Positions 33,653 through 43,986 of a stretch of 64,000 bases of DNA are shown here, in pieces. The notes beneath the pieces are model-generated. The model did no database searches, was not told the DNA's origin, and saw only the letters and a program-made list of their open reading frames with translations. Each line of letters opens with the position of its first letter. Position 1 is the stretch's first letter. Where the stretch lies: contig CACBOA010000004.1 in assembly GCA_902540785.1 (NCBI GenBank), positions 3,082 to 67,081 of the forward strand, in the 5' to 3' direction. The position numbers were made by a program, and so were the translations under genes. This DNA comes from an uncultured Pelagibacteraceae bacterium (GTDB lineage: Bacteria; Pseudomonadota; Alphaproteobacteria; Pelagibacterales; Pelagibacteraceae).

Positions 33653-34822
33653 ATGCTTTTTACAAAAGAAGAATACAAACAAAGATTATCTAAAGTTCAA
33701 AAAATGATGCAAGAAAAAGGCATTGAACTTTTGATTTCTCATGACACAAATAATATCAATTACCTGACTGGGTATGATGCTTGGTCATTTTATTACGCTC
33801 AATGTGCAATGGTTCATATAAATGCTGATGAACCTATATGTTTTGTAAGAGATCAAGATGCTGGAGGGGCTCACATAAAAACATATTTAAAAAAAGAAAA
33901 CATAATTGTTTATGATGAACATTATATTCATAGTTGGCCAAAACATCCTTACGATTATTTAGTTAAAGTTATTAAAGATAAAAAGTGGGATAAACTTTCT
34001 ATAGGATTAGAAATGGATGCTCATTATTTTACAGCATTTTGTTATGAAAAAATTAAACAAGGTTTACCAAATGCAAATTTGAAAGATTCAGAGAGACTGG
34101 TTAATTGGCCGAGGTTAGTAAAATCTGACGTTGAAATAAATTATATGAAATCTGCAGCAAAAATTTCTGAAATTGGAATGAAAACAGCTTTTGACGTAAT
34201 TAAACCTGGAGTAAGACAATGTGATGCTGTTGGTGAAATTCAAAAATCTTTATTTTATGGATCGCCCGAATTTGGTGGGGAGTATTCAAGTATCGCTACT
34301 TTATTACCAACTGGAAAAGGTACTTCAGCTTCACATTTGACTGCATCACAAGACAAATTTGTTGAGGGTGAGGCGACTATTATTGAATTATCAGGGGTTT
34401 TTAAAAGATATCATGCTCCAATGGCTAGAACAGTTTTGTTAGGAAAACCTGATCAATTAAAAATCGATACAATGAAAAAAACTATAGAAGCAATTGATGC
34501 AGGTATAAGCGCTACTAAACCAGGTAATACTGCTGATGATGTAGCACAAGCTTTCTGGAAAGTTTTGGATAAGTATGGAATAGAAAAGAAATCAAGAACT
34601 GGTTATTCAATTGGTATTGGCTATCCACCAGATTGGGGAGAGCATACATTAAATATTTATAAAGGTGATATGACTGTTCTAAAACCAAATGTTTGTTTTC
34701 ACATGATTGCTGTAATGCAATTTGGAGATTGGGGCGTTGAAGCTTCAGAAGCTATAAGAGTCACCGACAAAGGATCAGAACTATTTTGTAATATGTCAAA
34801 AGAACTTCACGTTAAAAGCTAA
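33653..34822 (+). CDS. doeA: Ectoine hydrolase-like M24 family protein (DoeA/EutD)
   Basis: YLTGYD.WSFY..Q, EMD..YF.A, LVNW.R.VKS, GG.Y..I..LLPTG, SHLT, RTGY.IG..YPPDWGE. Confidence 0.8.
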   Translation: MLFTKEEYKQRLSKVQKMMQEKGIELLISHDTNNINYLTGYDAWSFYYAQCAMVHINADEPICFVRDQDAGGAHIKTYLKKENIIVYDEHYIHSWPKHPYDYLVKVIKDKKWDKLSIGLEMDAHYFTAFCYEKIKQGLPNANLKDSERLVNWPRLVKSDVEINYMKSAAKISEIGMKTAFDVIKPGVRQCDAVGEIQKSLFYGSPEFGGEYSSIATLLPTGKGTSASHLTASQDKFVEGEATIIELSGVFKRYHAPMARTVLLGKPDQLKIDTMKKTIEAIDAGISATKPGNTADDVAQAFWKVLDKYGIEKKSRTGYSIGIGYPPDWGEHTLNIYKGDMTVLKPNVCFHMIAVMQFGDWGVEASEAIRVTDKGSELFCNMSKELHVKS

Positions 34823-34873
34823 TTATTTAAGGTTGATATTTTTTCGTACAAATGTTTTATAGTTACTTAATTT

Positions 34874-35959
34874 ATGTCGGTTAATAAAGAATTCGTTAAG
34901 TTTGATAAAGTAGATAAAAGTTACGATGGCAAAGTTTTAGTTGTCAAAGACCTTCAATTAGACATTGCTGAGGGTGAGTTCATTACTATGTTAGGTCCCT
35001 CTGGATCAGGTAAAACCACTTGTTTAATGATGCTAGCTGGATTTGAAACACCAACTAATGGAGAAATATACCTTGATGGAAATGCGATCTCCAGTATTCC
35101 TCCACATAAAAGAGGTATAGGAATGGTTTTCCAAAACTATGCTTTATTTCCTCATATGACAGTATATGAGAATTTGGCTTTCCCATTGAGAGTTAGGAAA
35201 ATTCCAAAAGATGAAGCGGATAAAAAAATTGATAAAGCTTTATCCATGGTGTCCTTACAAGGATTTGCACAACGAATGCCAGGTCAATTATCAGGTGGAC
35301 AGCAACAAAGAGTAGCAGTAGCAAGATCTTTGGTTTTTGACCCACAATTAGTTTTGATGGACGAGCCTCTTGGAGCTTTAGATAAAAATTTAAGAGAAAG
35401 TATGCAATATGAAATCAAACATATTCATGAAAGTATCGGAGTGACTGTTGTTTATGTAACTCATGATCAAAGTGAAGCATTAACTATGTCTAATCGAATT
35501 GCAGTTTTTAATGACGGAAAGGTCCAACAACTTTCAAGTCCAGATGAGTTATATGAAAAACCTGTTAATTCTTTTGTGGCAGAATTTATTGGAGAGAATA
35601 ATACTTTTGCCGGAGAAGTTTCTGATATTTCAGACGGAAAGTGTAAAGTTAAGTTAGCGAGTGCGGATATATTAGCAAACCCAATTTCCGTTAAAGGAAA
35701 AGGTGAGAGAACGACAGTTTCATTAAGACCTGAAAGAGCTTTGATTAATCCAAGTGATAAAATGGATAATATTCATAAAGGAAAAATTGAGGAAGTAATT
35801 TATCATGGAGATCACACAAGGGTTAGAATTAATTTATTAGGTAATTCTGAATTTATTCTTAAGGTCCCCAATAGTTCGTCTAATCTTGATATTAAATTAG
35901 GAAATGAAATTAAGATTGGTTGGAATAGTGAAGATGCAAGAGCACTAGATCCAAAATAA
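34874..35959 (+). CDS. potA: PotA-type ABC ATP-binding protein
   Basis: GPSGSGKTT, VFQNYALFPHMTV, LSGGQQQR, DEPLGALD, TOBE-like tail. Confidence 0.92.
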   Translation: MSVNKEFVKFDKVDKSYDGKVLVVKDLQLDIAEGEFITMLGPSGSGKTTCLMMLAGFETPTNGEIYLDGNAISSIPPHKRGIGMVFQNYALFPHMTVYENLAFPLRVRKIPKDEADKKIDKALSMVSLQGFAQRMPGQLSGGQQQRVAVARSLVFDPQLVLMDEPLGALDKNLRESMQYEIKHIHESIGVTVVYVTHDQSEALTMSNRIAVFNDGKVQQLSSPDELYEKPVNSFVAEFIGENNTFAGEVSDISDGKCKVKLASADILANPISVKGKGERTTVSLRPERALINPSDKMDNIHKGKIEEVIYHGDHTRVRINLLGNSEFILKVPNSSSNLDIKLGNEIKIGWNSEDARALDPK

Positions 35960-35999
35960 ACACCAGAAATATCTCAATTAAACAAGTAAAAAAGGGCTG

Positions 36000-36057
36000 T
36001 TGACTCTCATTATCGATCTTGTTGTAATAGTGTTTATACAAAACGTTTAAACGGAGG
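36000..36057 (+). promoter_or_regulatory. Internal promoter and RBS for the PotD-like binding protein
   Basis: TTGACT (36000-36005), 17 nt spacer, TGTAAT (36023-36028); GGAGG 36053-36057. Confidence 0.6.
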
Positions 36058-36061
36058 AAAA

Positions 36062-37177
36062 ATGAAAAAAATTAGTAAATTATTACTATCCCTATCTTTT
36101 TTGTTTTCTATAACTACATCAGCATTCGCAGTAACAGTTGCGTCTTGGGGTGGAGCTTATACAGAAAGTCAAAAGTTAGGTTATGGTGATCCTACTGCTA
36201 AAAAGTTAGGTATTCCGATCAATTGGGTCGACTACTCAGGTGGATTATCAGAAATTAAAGCACAGAAAGAAGCTGGCAAAATTACGTGGGATATAATGGA
36301 CGTATTTGCTATGGATACTATCAATGGCTGTGATGAAGGTTTATTTGTTAAATTTGATTTTGACAAAGACTTCCCAGCAGCTCCAGATGGAACTCCTGCA
36401 AGTAAAGATTTCTTTACTAGCATGCCTAGTGAATGTGCTGTAGGAAATATTTTATACTCTTGGAACTACGCTTATAACTCAGATAACGTTAAAGGTACTC
36501 CTAAGACTATCAAAGATTTCTTTAACACTAAAAAATTCCCTGGAAAAAGAGCTATCTACAAAGGCGCTCTAACAAACTTAGAGATTGCTTTAGCTGCAGA
36601 TGGTATCAAACCAGGTAAAGGTGGAGCAAAAATCTATAAAGCTTTAAACACTGACAAAGGTGTTCAAAGAGCTATGGATAAGATCAAAAAACTTTGCACA
36701 GACCCACAAGGTGGATGTGTATTTTGGTCTGCAGGTGCTCAACCACCAGAACTATTAATGAGTGGTGAAGTTGTTATGGCAACTGGCTGGAATGGTAGAT
36801 TCTTTAATGCTGCTGTTGGAGAAGGTGCTCCAATCGTACAAGTATGGGATGCTCAAGGTCTAGACTATGAGTATTTCGTACTAGTTAAAGGTTCGCCAAA
36901 CGAAGCTGATGCTAAAAAAGCTTTAGCTGAGATGACAAGTACAGAAGGTCTAGCAGGAAGTGCAAAATATATTGCATATGCACCTTGGAGAAAATCATCT
37001 ATTGCTGTAATGGAAAAAGGTGAGCCATGGTACAAAGATGGTAAGACAAACATGGTACCTAATATGCCAACTGCACCAGCAAACACTAAAAATTACTTCT
37101 TAGTAGATCCACTTTACTGGGCTGATAACGGAACAGAACTTGGTGAAAAATGGGAAGCAATGAAAGCAGGATTTTAA
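36062..37177 (+). CDS. potD: PotD-type ABC substrate-binding protein (polyamine/osmolyte class)
   Basis: Signal peptide; SWGGAY, DFF.TKKFPGKR, LE.ALAADG, WNGR. Confidence 0.88.
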   Translation: MKKISKLLLSLSFLFSITTSAFAVTVASWGGAYTESQKLGYGDPTAKKLGIPINWVDYSGGLSEIKAQKEAGKITWDIMDVFAMDTINGCDEGLFVKFDFDKDFPAAPDGTPASKDFFTSMPSECAVGNILYSWNYAYNSDNVKGTPKTIKDFFNTKKFPGKRAIYKGALTNLEIALAADGIKPGKGGAKIYKALNTDKGVQRAMDKIKKLCTDPQGGCVFWSAGAQPPELLMSGEVVMATGWNGRFFNAAVGEGAPIVQVWDAQGLDYEYFVLVKGSPNEADAKKALAEMTSTEGLAGSAKYIAYAPWRKSSIAVMEKGEPWYKDGKTNMVPNMPTAPANTKNYFLVDPLYWADNGTELGEKWEAMKAGF

Positions 37178-37216
37178 TTTTAAGTTTTAAAGATTAAAAT
37201 TTTATAATATATTGAG

Positions 37217-37249
37217 AGGGCGGTTATTTGATAACCGCCCTTTTTATTT
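37217..37249 (+). terminator. Terminator-like hairpin between SBP and permease
   Basis: Perfect 11-bp stem AGGGCGGTTAT / ATAACCGCCCT, TTG loop, then TTTTATTT and ATG 37250. Confidence 0.8.
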
Positions 37250-38503
37250 ATGAGCTCAGAAACAAAACAAATTTTAACAACTGACGGAATTCCTTTAGAA
37301 GTAAGCCTTAAAAAAGCAGAAAAGAAAAACAAGATTAAAGCTTTTTTACTTGTTGCTCCGTTATTGTTGTTCATAATTATTACATATGTGTTTCCAATAG
37401 GCGATATGCTTATGAGAAGCGTTGACGATAAAATGGTAACTGAAATGCTTCCTAAAACTTTTAAATCCATGGAAAAATGGGACGGACAGGATCTTCCTCC
37501 TGAAGAAGTATTTGAAGCTTTCTATTTTGATTTTCAAAAATTGATTGAAGAGGAACGAGAAGGAAAACTTTCAACACAACTAAATTATACAAAAAATGGT
37601 TTTAAAAGTATTATTAAAAAATTAAGAAGAAAGTCCAAATCTTTTGAAGAGGGTAACTATAAAGAACAAATTATGTCTGTTCATCGAAGATGGGCTGATG
37701 TTGAATATTGGAGAGCAATTAAAAGAAGAGCTCCTGCATATACTTATCAAAAATATTTAAAGGGGATTGATATGTATGAAAATGAAAAAGGAGAAATAAT
37801 TAATGTTCCTGAAGATAGGAGAGTTCATAGAATTTTATGGATGAGGACTTTAGAGATTGCATTCTTTGTTACAGTGTTTTGTTTTTTAATGGCATATCCA
37901 ATTGCACACTTACTGGCAACATTACCAATGAAGTATAGTAACCTGTTAATGATTTGTGTCTTACTTCCTTTTTGGACCTCATTATTAGTTAGAACTGCTA
38001 GTTGGATGATACTTCTACAACAGCAAGGAATAGTAAATGATTTCTTTGTTATGATAGGCCTGGTTAGTGATGATAACCGGCTAGAAATGATGTTTAATAA
38101 AACAGGTAGTTATGTTGCAATGACGCAAATTTTACTGCCTTTTATGGTTCTGCCACTTTACAGCGTGATGAAAACAATCTCTCCAAGTTTAATGAGAGCT
38201 GGTAAGTCATTAGGTGGAACACCATTTGTGGCTTTTTGGAAGGTCTATTTCCCTTTAACTATCCCAGGTATTGGAGCGGGATGTTTATTAGTTTTTATTT
38301 TAGCAATTGGTTATTACATTACTCCAGCTTTAGTTGGTGGAGCTTCAGGTACGTTAATAAGTAACCAGATAGCATTTCATATGAAAAGTACTCTTGATTG
38401 GAGTTTTGCTTCAGCAATGGGACTTATGTTGTTAAGTGGAGTATTAGTCATTTATTGGCTGTACAATAAATTAGTTGGAATAGATAACATTAAATTAGGA
38501 TAA
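37250..38503 (+). CDS. potB: PotB-type ABC permease with large extracytoplasmic loop
   Basis: LPFWTSLLVRT.SW, LLPFMVLPLYSVM, A..SLG, GYYITPALVGG. Confidence 0.9.
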   Translation: MSSETKQILTTDGIPLEVSLKKAEKKNKIKAFLLVAPLLLFIIITYVFPIGDMLMRSVDDKMVTEMLPKTFKSMEKWDGQDLPPEEVFEAFYFDFQKLIEEEREGKLSTQLNYTKNGFKSIIKKLRRKSKSFEEGNYKEQIMSVHRRWADVEYWRAIKRRAPAYTYQKYLKGIDMYENEKGEIINVPEDRRVHRILWMRTLEIAFFVTVFCFLMAYPIAHLLATLPMKYSNLLMICVLLPFWTSLLVRTASWMILLQQQGIVNDFFVMIGLVSDDNRLEMMFNKTGSYVAMTQILLPFMVLPLYSVMKTISPSLMRAGKSLGGTPFVAFWKVYFPLTIPGIGAGCLLVFILAIGYYITPALVGGASGTLISNQIAFHMKSTLDWSFASAMGLMLLSGVLVIYWLYNKLVGIDNIKLG

Positions 38504-38508
38504 ACAAA

Positions 38509-39363
38509 ATGGCTTTACCCAAATATACAGAACCACATTATAGAATTTGGCACTACGTTTATTTGACAATTTGTGCAGCAGTATTCTTTTTTCTTGTTGC
38601 ACCATTGTTTGTTATTTTTCCATTATCTTTTAATGCCGAGGAATTTTTAGTTTTTTCTGATGGAATGAAACGTTTAGATCCTGATGCGTTTTCTTTAAGA
38701 TGGTATCAAGATATGATTTATGGGACTAAAAATCCTTGGGGACTAGCTGCAAAAAATAGTTTTATCATTGCTATCTTTGCAACAATAGGCTCGGTAATAC
38801 TTGGAACAGTTGCGGCTTTGGGCTTGAGTAGCAGGCATATGCCTTACAAAGGTTTAATTATGGCAGTATTAATTTCACCTATGATAGTTCCTTTAATTAT
38901 TTCGGGTGTAGCGATATTTTTCTTCATGGCTAAAGTTGGATTAGCAGCCACTCACACAGGAATAGTACTTGCACATATTATTTTAGGAACACCATTTGTA
39001 GTTATTACAGTAACCGCAACTCTATCAGGGTTCGATCATAGTGTCACAAGAGCTGCAGCCAGTTTAGGTAGTGACCCAGTAAATACATTTATGAAAATCA
39101 CTTTACCACTTATTTTACCAGGAGTGATATCTGGAGGGCTATTTGCTTTTGTAACATCATTTGATGAAGTTGTAGTAGTTCTATTTTTAGCAGGATTAGA
39201 AAACACAACTATACCAATTCAAATGTGGACAGGTTTGAGGGAACAACTAAGTCCAACAATTCTTGCGGTTGCAACTTGTCTAATTATTTTATCAACATTA
39301 ATATTAGTTACCGCTGAACTTTTAAGAAGAAGATCTGAAAGACTCAGAGGTATAAATCGATAG
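38509..39363 (+). CDS. potC: PotC-type ABC permease
   Basis: FSLRWY, SPMIVP, AA.SLG, SFDEVVV. Confidence 0.9.
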   Translation: MALPKYTEPHYRIWHYVYLTICAAVFFFLVAPLFVIFPLSFNAEEFLVFSDGMKRLDPDAFSLRWYQDMIYGTKNPWGLAAKNSFIIAIFATIGSVILGTVAALGLSSRHMPYKGLIMAVLISPMIVPLIISGVAIFFFMAKVGLAATHTGIVLAHIILGTPFVVITVTATLSGFDHSVTRAAASLGSDPVNTFMKITLPLILPGVISGGLFAFVTSFDEVVVVLFLAGLENTTIPIQMWTGLREQLSPTILAVATCLIILSTLILVTAELLRRRSERLRGINR

Positions 39364-39375
39364 AAATTTCATTAC

Positions 39376-41598
39376 ATGAATATAAAAAATGTTGTGGTGA
39401 TTGGATCTGGTACGATGGGAAGTGGTATAGCAGCTCATCTATGTAATGCAAATATCCCAGTTACATTATTAGATTTAAAAACTGAAATTAGCGAAAAGGC
39501 TAGGGAAAGAATTCATAAATCTAGACCTCCATTATTAATCGATAAATCCAAAATAAATAATATTAAAGTTGGAAATATATCTGATAATTTTGATGTTGTA
39601 AAAAATGCTGATTGGATTGTCGAGGCGGTAGTTGAAAGAATAGATGTAAAACACCAAATTTATGAAAAAATATTTAAATCAAGAAAAGCAGGCGCAATTG
39701 TTTCATCTAATACTTCTTCGATACCTATAAAAGTTTTATCTCAAAACTTAACAGATACAGAAAAAAAAGATTTCTGTATAACTCATTTTTTTAATCCTGT
39801 TAGATATATGGGGCTATTAGAAATTGTTAAAAATGAGAACAACGATCTAAATAAAATAAATCAATTAAAAGAATTTTGTGAAACTGAGCTAGGTAAAGGC
39901 GCAATTGTTTGCAACGATACACCAGGATTTTTAGGAAATAGAGTGGGAGTTTATGCAATGCAAATTGCAATGACAGAAGCTTTTAAAATGAAGTTATCAG
40001 TTGAGGAGGCAGACGCTATTTTTGGAAGGCCGATGGGAATTCCAAAAACAGGTGTTTTTGGTCTCTATGACTTGATTGGGATCGATTTAATGGCTGATGT
40101 ATTAAAAAGTTTTATTAAAGAGCTGCCAGAAACAGATGAATTTCATGAAGTTGCTAAAGAAATACCATTGGTAAAAAAGTTAATTGAGACGGGTTATACG
40201 GGAAGAAAAGGTAAGGGTGGTTTTTATAGAATGAATAAATCTGGAACTACTAAAGTTATGGAGGCAATTAACCTTGAAACAGGTGATTATTCGCCAAGTA
40301 AAAAAATTGATATTAAGTCTGACAAAGTAGATCTTAAAGGATTAATTAACAGAAAAGATAAATACGGTGAGTATGCATGGTCCGTGATTTCAAAAATAAT
40401 AAAATATGCATCATCACTAGTTCCAGGGATTACTAATCAATTTAATGATATTGATGAGGCAATGCGATTAGGTTTTAACTGGGCCAAAGGACCATTTGAA
40501 ATGCTTGAGGAAATTGGTGTTCAAAACTTTTTTAATAAAGTTGATGATTTTAGTGGGAACAATTTTTTAGAGGAATTAAATAAAAATAAAAATGAAGATT
40601 TCTATGGAGAAAGACAGAAATACACCAATATTGAAACATTAGGTAAAGTTAAAAAAACAGCAATTAGTTTAGATGGCAATGAATCTGCGAGGATATATAG
40701 ATTTAAAGATTATAATATTGTTGAGTTTACCACTAAAGCTAATGCTTTAGATTATGACTCAATGGATGCGCTTAAAAAAGCAACAGACAAACCTTTAATC
40801 ATAATAAACGAGAGTATGCAATTCTCTGCTGGTGTAAACTTAACTTATACCATGCAGTTTGCAGATAAAAATGATTTTAAATCAATTGAAAAATTTATTA
40901 AATATTTTCAAGAGACGTGTAAGCATTTAAAATACTCAAAATATCCTGTGATCTCTGCTCCATCAGGTTTAACGCTTGGTGGTGGTTTTGAGGTTATGGT
41001 TCAAAGTAATTTTGTAGCATCCCACACAAATATTGTTGTAGGACTTGTTGAGACCATTGTTGGATTAATTCCTGCAGGTGGTGGATGTAAGGAAATGTTA
41101 GGCAGATGGTTAGAGACAGAACAAGCAAAAAAAGATCCAAATTTTGCTCCACTGAAAGTTTTTGATATTATTGGCTATGGAAAGACAGCTACCTCACCTG
41201 TAGAAGCTGAACCGTTGAAATATCTAAGACCTGAAGATGAAAAGATTATGAATAGAAACAGTTTATTAGAAATCTCAAAAAAAATCCTTAATGAAAATAA
41301 AAATTTTAAAGCACCTGAGGAGCTTGTATTTAAGCTTCCTGGGGAGAGTGTCAGAGGTGAAATGAATAAGATTATAGAAAAACTTTATAATGAAAAAGTG
41401 ATATTAGACCATGGTGTACAAGTTGCAAAAGAATTGGCAAATGTTTTAAGTGGTGGGGACACAACAATAGACAAAACATTAACCGAAGATGATTTGTTTA
41501 AGTTAGAGCTAGATGCATTTATGAGATTAATCGAAACAAAAAAAACACAAGACAGAATAAAACACACCTTAGCTACTGGTAAGCCATTAGTTAATTAG
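39376..41598 (+). CDS. 3-hydroxyacyl-CoA dehydrogenase / enoyl-CoA hydratase fusion (FadB/FadN-like)
   Basis: GSGTMGSGIA, EAVVE, SNTSS, HFFNPVRYM; C-terminal FSAGVNL, LGGGFE, GLVE..VGLIPAGGG. Confidence 0.92.
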   Translation: MNIKNVVVIGSGTMGSGIAAHLCNANIPVTLLDLKTEISEKARERIHKSRPPLLIDKSKINNIKVGNISDNFDVVKNADWIVEAVVERIDVKHQIYEKIFKSRKAGAIVSSNTSSIPIKVLSQNLTDTEKKDFCITHFFNPVRYMGLLEIVKNENNDLNKINQLKEFCETELGKGAIVCNDTPGFLGNRVGVYAMQIAMTEAFKMKLSVEEADAIFGRPMGIPKTGVFGLYDLIGIDLMADVLKSFIKELPETDEFHEVAKEIPLVKKLIETGYTGRKGKGGFYRMNKSGTTKVMEAINLETGDYSPSKKIDIKSDKVDLKGLINRKDKYGEYAWSVISKIIKYASSLVPGITNQFNDIDEAMRLGFNWAKGPFEMLEEIGVQNFFNKVDDFSGNNFLEELNKNKNEDFYGERQKYTNIETLGKVKKTAISLDGNESARIYRFKDYNIVEFTTKANALDYDSMDALKKATDKPLIIINESMQFSAGVNLTYTMQFADKNDFKSIEKFIKYFQETCKHLKYSKYPVISAPSGLTLGGGFEVMVQSNFVASHTNIVVGLVETIVGLIPAGGGCKEMLGRWLETEQAKKDPNFAPLKVFDIIGYGKTATSPVEAEPLKYLRPEDEKIMNRNSLLEISKKILNENKNFKAPEELVFKLPGESVRGEMNKIIEKLYNEKVILDHGVQVAKELANVLSGGDTTIDKTLTEDDLFKLELDAFMRLIETKKTQDRIKHTLATGKPLVN

Positions 41599-42234
41599 CA
41601 TTCTAACAGAATTAATAAAATCTGGTCTTAGCACATACTGAGATTTATCAAGGTACTTAATTTTTTTTAGCGCCTCTAAACCGTAAATTACTTTACCAAT
41701 AGGAGTGTATTCAGATTCATACAGCGGTTCATCTCTTAAAATTATAAAAAACTGACTATCTTCCGTATTGTAACTTTTTGATCTTGCTAATCCCACACTC
41801 CCTTTTTTGAAATCAAATGGAGTGTCTATCTCTGAATTTATTGTTCCTAAACCAGACTTGCCAGTGCCAATTTTTGCATAATTCAAGCTTCCTTTTTTAC
41901 CAAATTCTAAATCACCTGCTTGTACAAGTGTATCTTTTATTACTCTATGAAAGGCTGAATTGTCATAGGCTTTAGACTCAACTAGTTTCTTAAATCTTTG
42001 AACAGCATTTGGAGAAATTTGAGGATAAAGTTCAATTATAACATTCCCACAGGGAACATTTAAAATTGCGATATTTGAAGGATTTTCAAAAGTAATTTTT
42101 GTTGGATCATAATTTTTTACAAATAAACATTTATTCTTTATTAAAAAAAAAGAACCAAAAGAAAATATTGCCAAGGATAGTAAAAATATAAGAATTATTT
42201 TTTCTGATCTTGTTGCCTTAATTTTTTTGATCAT
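41587..42234 (-). CDS. Membrane-anchored cyclophilin-type peptidyl-prolyl isomerase
   Basis: N-terminal TM; FHRVI, Q.GD, GTG.S, SQFFI, YT..GKVI.G. Confidence 0.88.
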   Translation of the reverse strand: MIKKIKATRSEKIILIFLLSLAIFSFGSFFLIKNKCLFVKNYDPTKITFENPSNIAILNVPCGNVIIELYPQISPNAVQRFKKLVESKAYDNSAFHRVIKDTLVQAGDLEFGKKGSLNYAKIGTGKSGLGTINSEIDTPFDFKKGSVGLARSKSYNTEDSQFFIILRDEPLYESEYTPIGKVIYGLEALKKIKYLDKSQYVLRPDFINSVRMLIN

Positions 42235-42953
42235 AGGATAAAATTAGGATCAATTCTTAATAAATTTTTTTTTATAAAATTTATTTTTTTTTCTAAAATG
42301 GGGTCTTTATTTTTTAAATTGGTTCCAATCATCAAATGAGAAAAAACTTCTGCCATATCCTCAGATGCAGTAGATTGCGAGTATTCTGAGAAAAATCCCT
42401 TAGTATTACTATAGGTTTCTAAACCTAATTTATCGGTACAGGTGGAACATTCTGCATACTTAAAATCTGTTAAGTTGAAGTTCGACCAAGTGTTTTCATT
42501 AAATATATCTTTAAAACTGTCGTTAATTATATGAAAAACTTCATGATGAATTACTCTTTCGAAATATTTTTCATTAAACTTTATATCGAGAATTAATGTT
42601 TTCATTACATTATCTGGAATACCTGCTGTATTGATATTTGAGATTGATAAATCTTCACATAAAACAATGTATTTTAAATTTATTTTTTTTAAGAAAACTT
42701 GATTGTATCTGCTCAAATTTTTCTGAATAACTTTATACTTTTTATCTAAAGTTTTTTTTTCAGGGTCATAACAATTTATATTATTATCAACTCCTAGTGT
42801 GAAAGGTTGTTTAGCATACAAGTATCTAAGCTTATTTGGAGTTTTAATATCATATATTTCTAAATTTGGTATCTTGATGAGATTGTAAATGGTATCTGCT
42901 TGTGCTGAATTCAAAACTATAAAAAATAATATTATATATCTAAAATAAATCAT
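42231..42953 (-). CDS. Putative secreted zinc-dependent metallopeptidase
   Basis: Signal peptide (..SAQA-D), HEVFH (HExxH), downstream SEY....SEDMAE third-ligand motif. Confidence 0.7.
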   Translation of the reverse strand: MIYFRYIILFFIVLNSAQADTIYNLIKIPNLEIYDIKTPNKLRYLYAKQPFTLGVDNNINCYDPEKKTLDKKYKVIQKNLSRYNQVFLKKINLKYIVLCEDLSISNINTAGIPDNVMKTLILDIKFNEKYFERVIHHEVFHIINDSFKDIFNENTWSNFNLTDFKYAECSTCTDKLGLETYSNTKGFFSEYSQSTASEDMAEVFSHLMIGTNLKNKDPILEKKINFIKKNLLRIDPNFIL

Positions 42954-43007
42954 AAATCTTTATATAGAAGATATTCCAAATTAAAAGAATGTGATACAGT
43001 TTTTACT

Positions 43008-43967
43008 GTGAAAAAAAAAACTAATAAAGATCCAATTCAACCAGTTAGTGGAACAAAAGTTCCTAGGTTTGCAGGGCCTTCAACATTTGCTAGATTGCCA
43101 GAGCTTAGAGATGTAGAGAGTTGTGATGTTGCAATTGTTGGAGTTCCATTTGATGCTGGTACAAGTTTCAGACCTGGAGCGAGATTTGGACCTCAAAGTA
43201 TAAGACAGGCCTCAAGACACTTAAGAACAAATTATCATCCAAGTTATGATGTTGAGCCGTTTAAAATACAACAAGTGGCTGATGCAGGGGATATTACCTG
43301 CAATCCATTTAATATTAATGAAGCAATAAAACAGATAGAGATAGGAGCTGAGGAGTTATTAAAAAAGGTTGGAGGTATTATTTGTTTAGGTGGAGATCAT
43401 ACAATTGCTTTTCCTCTCTTAAAAGCAGTGAATAAAATTAACAATGGACCAGTCGCGTTAGTACATTTTGATGCTCATCTTGATACTTGGGATACATACT
43501 TTGGAGCTCCCTACACTCATGGAACTCCTTTTAGAAGAGCGAGGGAAGAAAATTTATTTTTAGACGATGCATCAATGCATGTTGGAATTAGAGGTCCTTT
43601 ATATAGCAGAGATGATATTAAGAATGACGAGAGTTTTGGATTTAAAATTATTCATTGTGATGAATTTCAATCAGAGGGCACGGATAATATCGCTGAGAGA
43701 ATAAAGAAAAGAGTAGGTAAAAATCCTTTATATTTATCTATAGATATAGACGTATTAGACCCAGCTTTCGCACCAGGTACAGGAACACCAGAAATTGCTG
43801 GAATGACCTCAAGGGAAATGGTGAATGTTTTAAGAGGCTTATCAGGCTTAAATCTTATATCAGCAGACGTAGTTGAAGTTTCACCAGCATATGATCATGC
43901 TGAAGTAACATCGCTCGCCGCTGCTACAATTGTTTACGAATTAACTAATTTATTTGCAAAAAAATAA
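43008..43967 (+). CDS. speB: Agmatinase (ureohydrolase family)
   Basis: GARFGP, GGDHT, FDAHLD, HGTPF, SIDIDVLDPAFAPGTGTPE. Confidence 0.9.
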   Translation: MKKKTNKDPIQPVSGTKVPRFAGPSTFARLPELRDVESCDVAIVGVPFDAGTSFRPGARFGPQSIRQASRHLRTNYHPSYDVEPFKIQQVADAGDITCNPFNINEAIKQIEIGAEELLKKVGGIICLGGDHTIAFPLLKAVNKINNGPVALVHFDAHLDTWDTYFGAPYTHGTPFRRAREENLFLDDASMHVGIRGPLYSRDDIKNDESFGFKIIHCDEFQSEGTDNIAERIKKRVGKNPLYLSIDIDVLDPAFAPGTGTPEIAGMTSREMVNVLRGLSGLNLISADVVEVSPAYDHAEVTSLAAATIVYELTNLFAKK

Positions 43968-43986
43968 CAAAGAGTTAGTAAAAATT

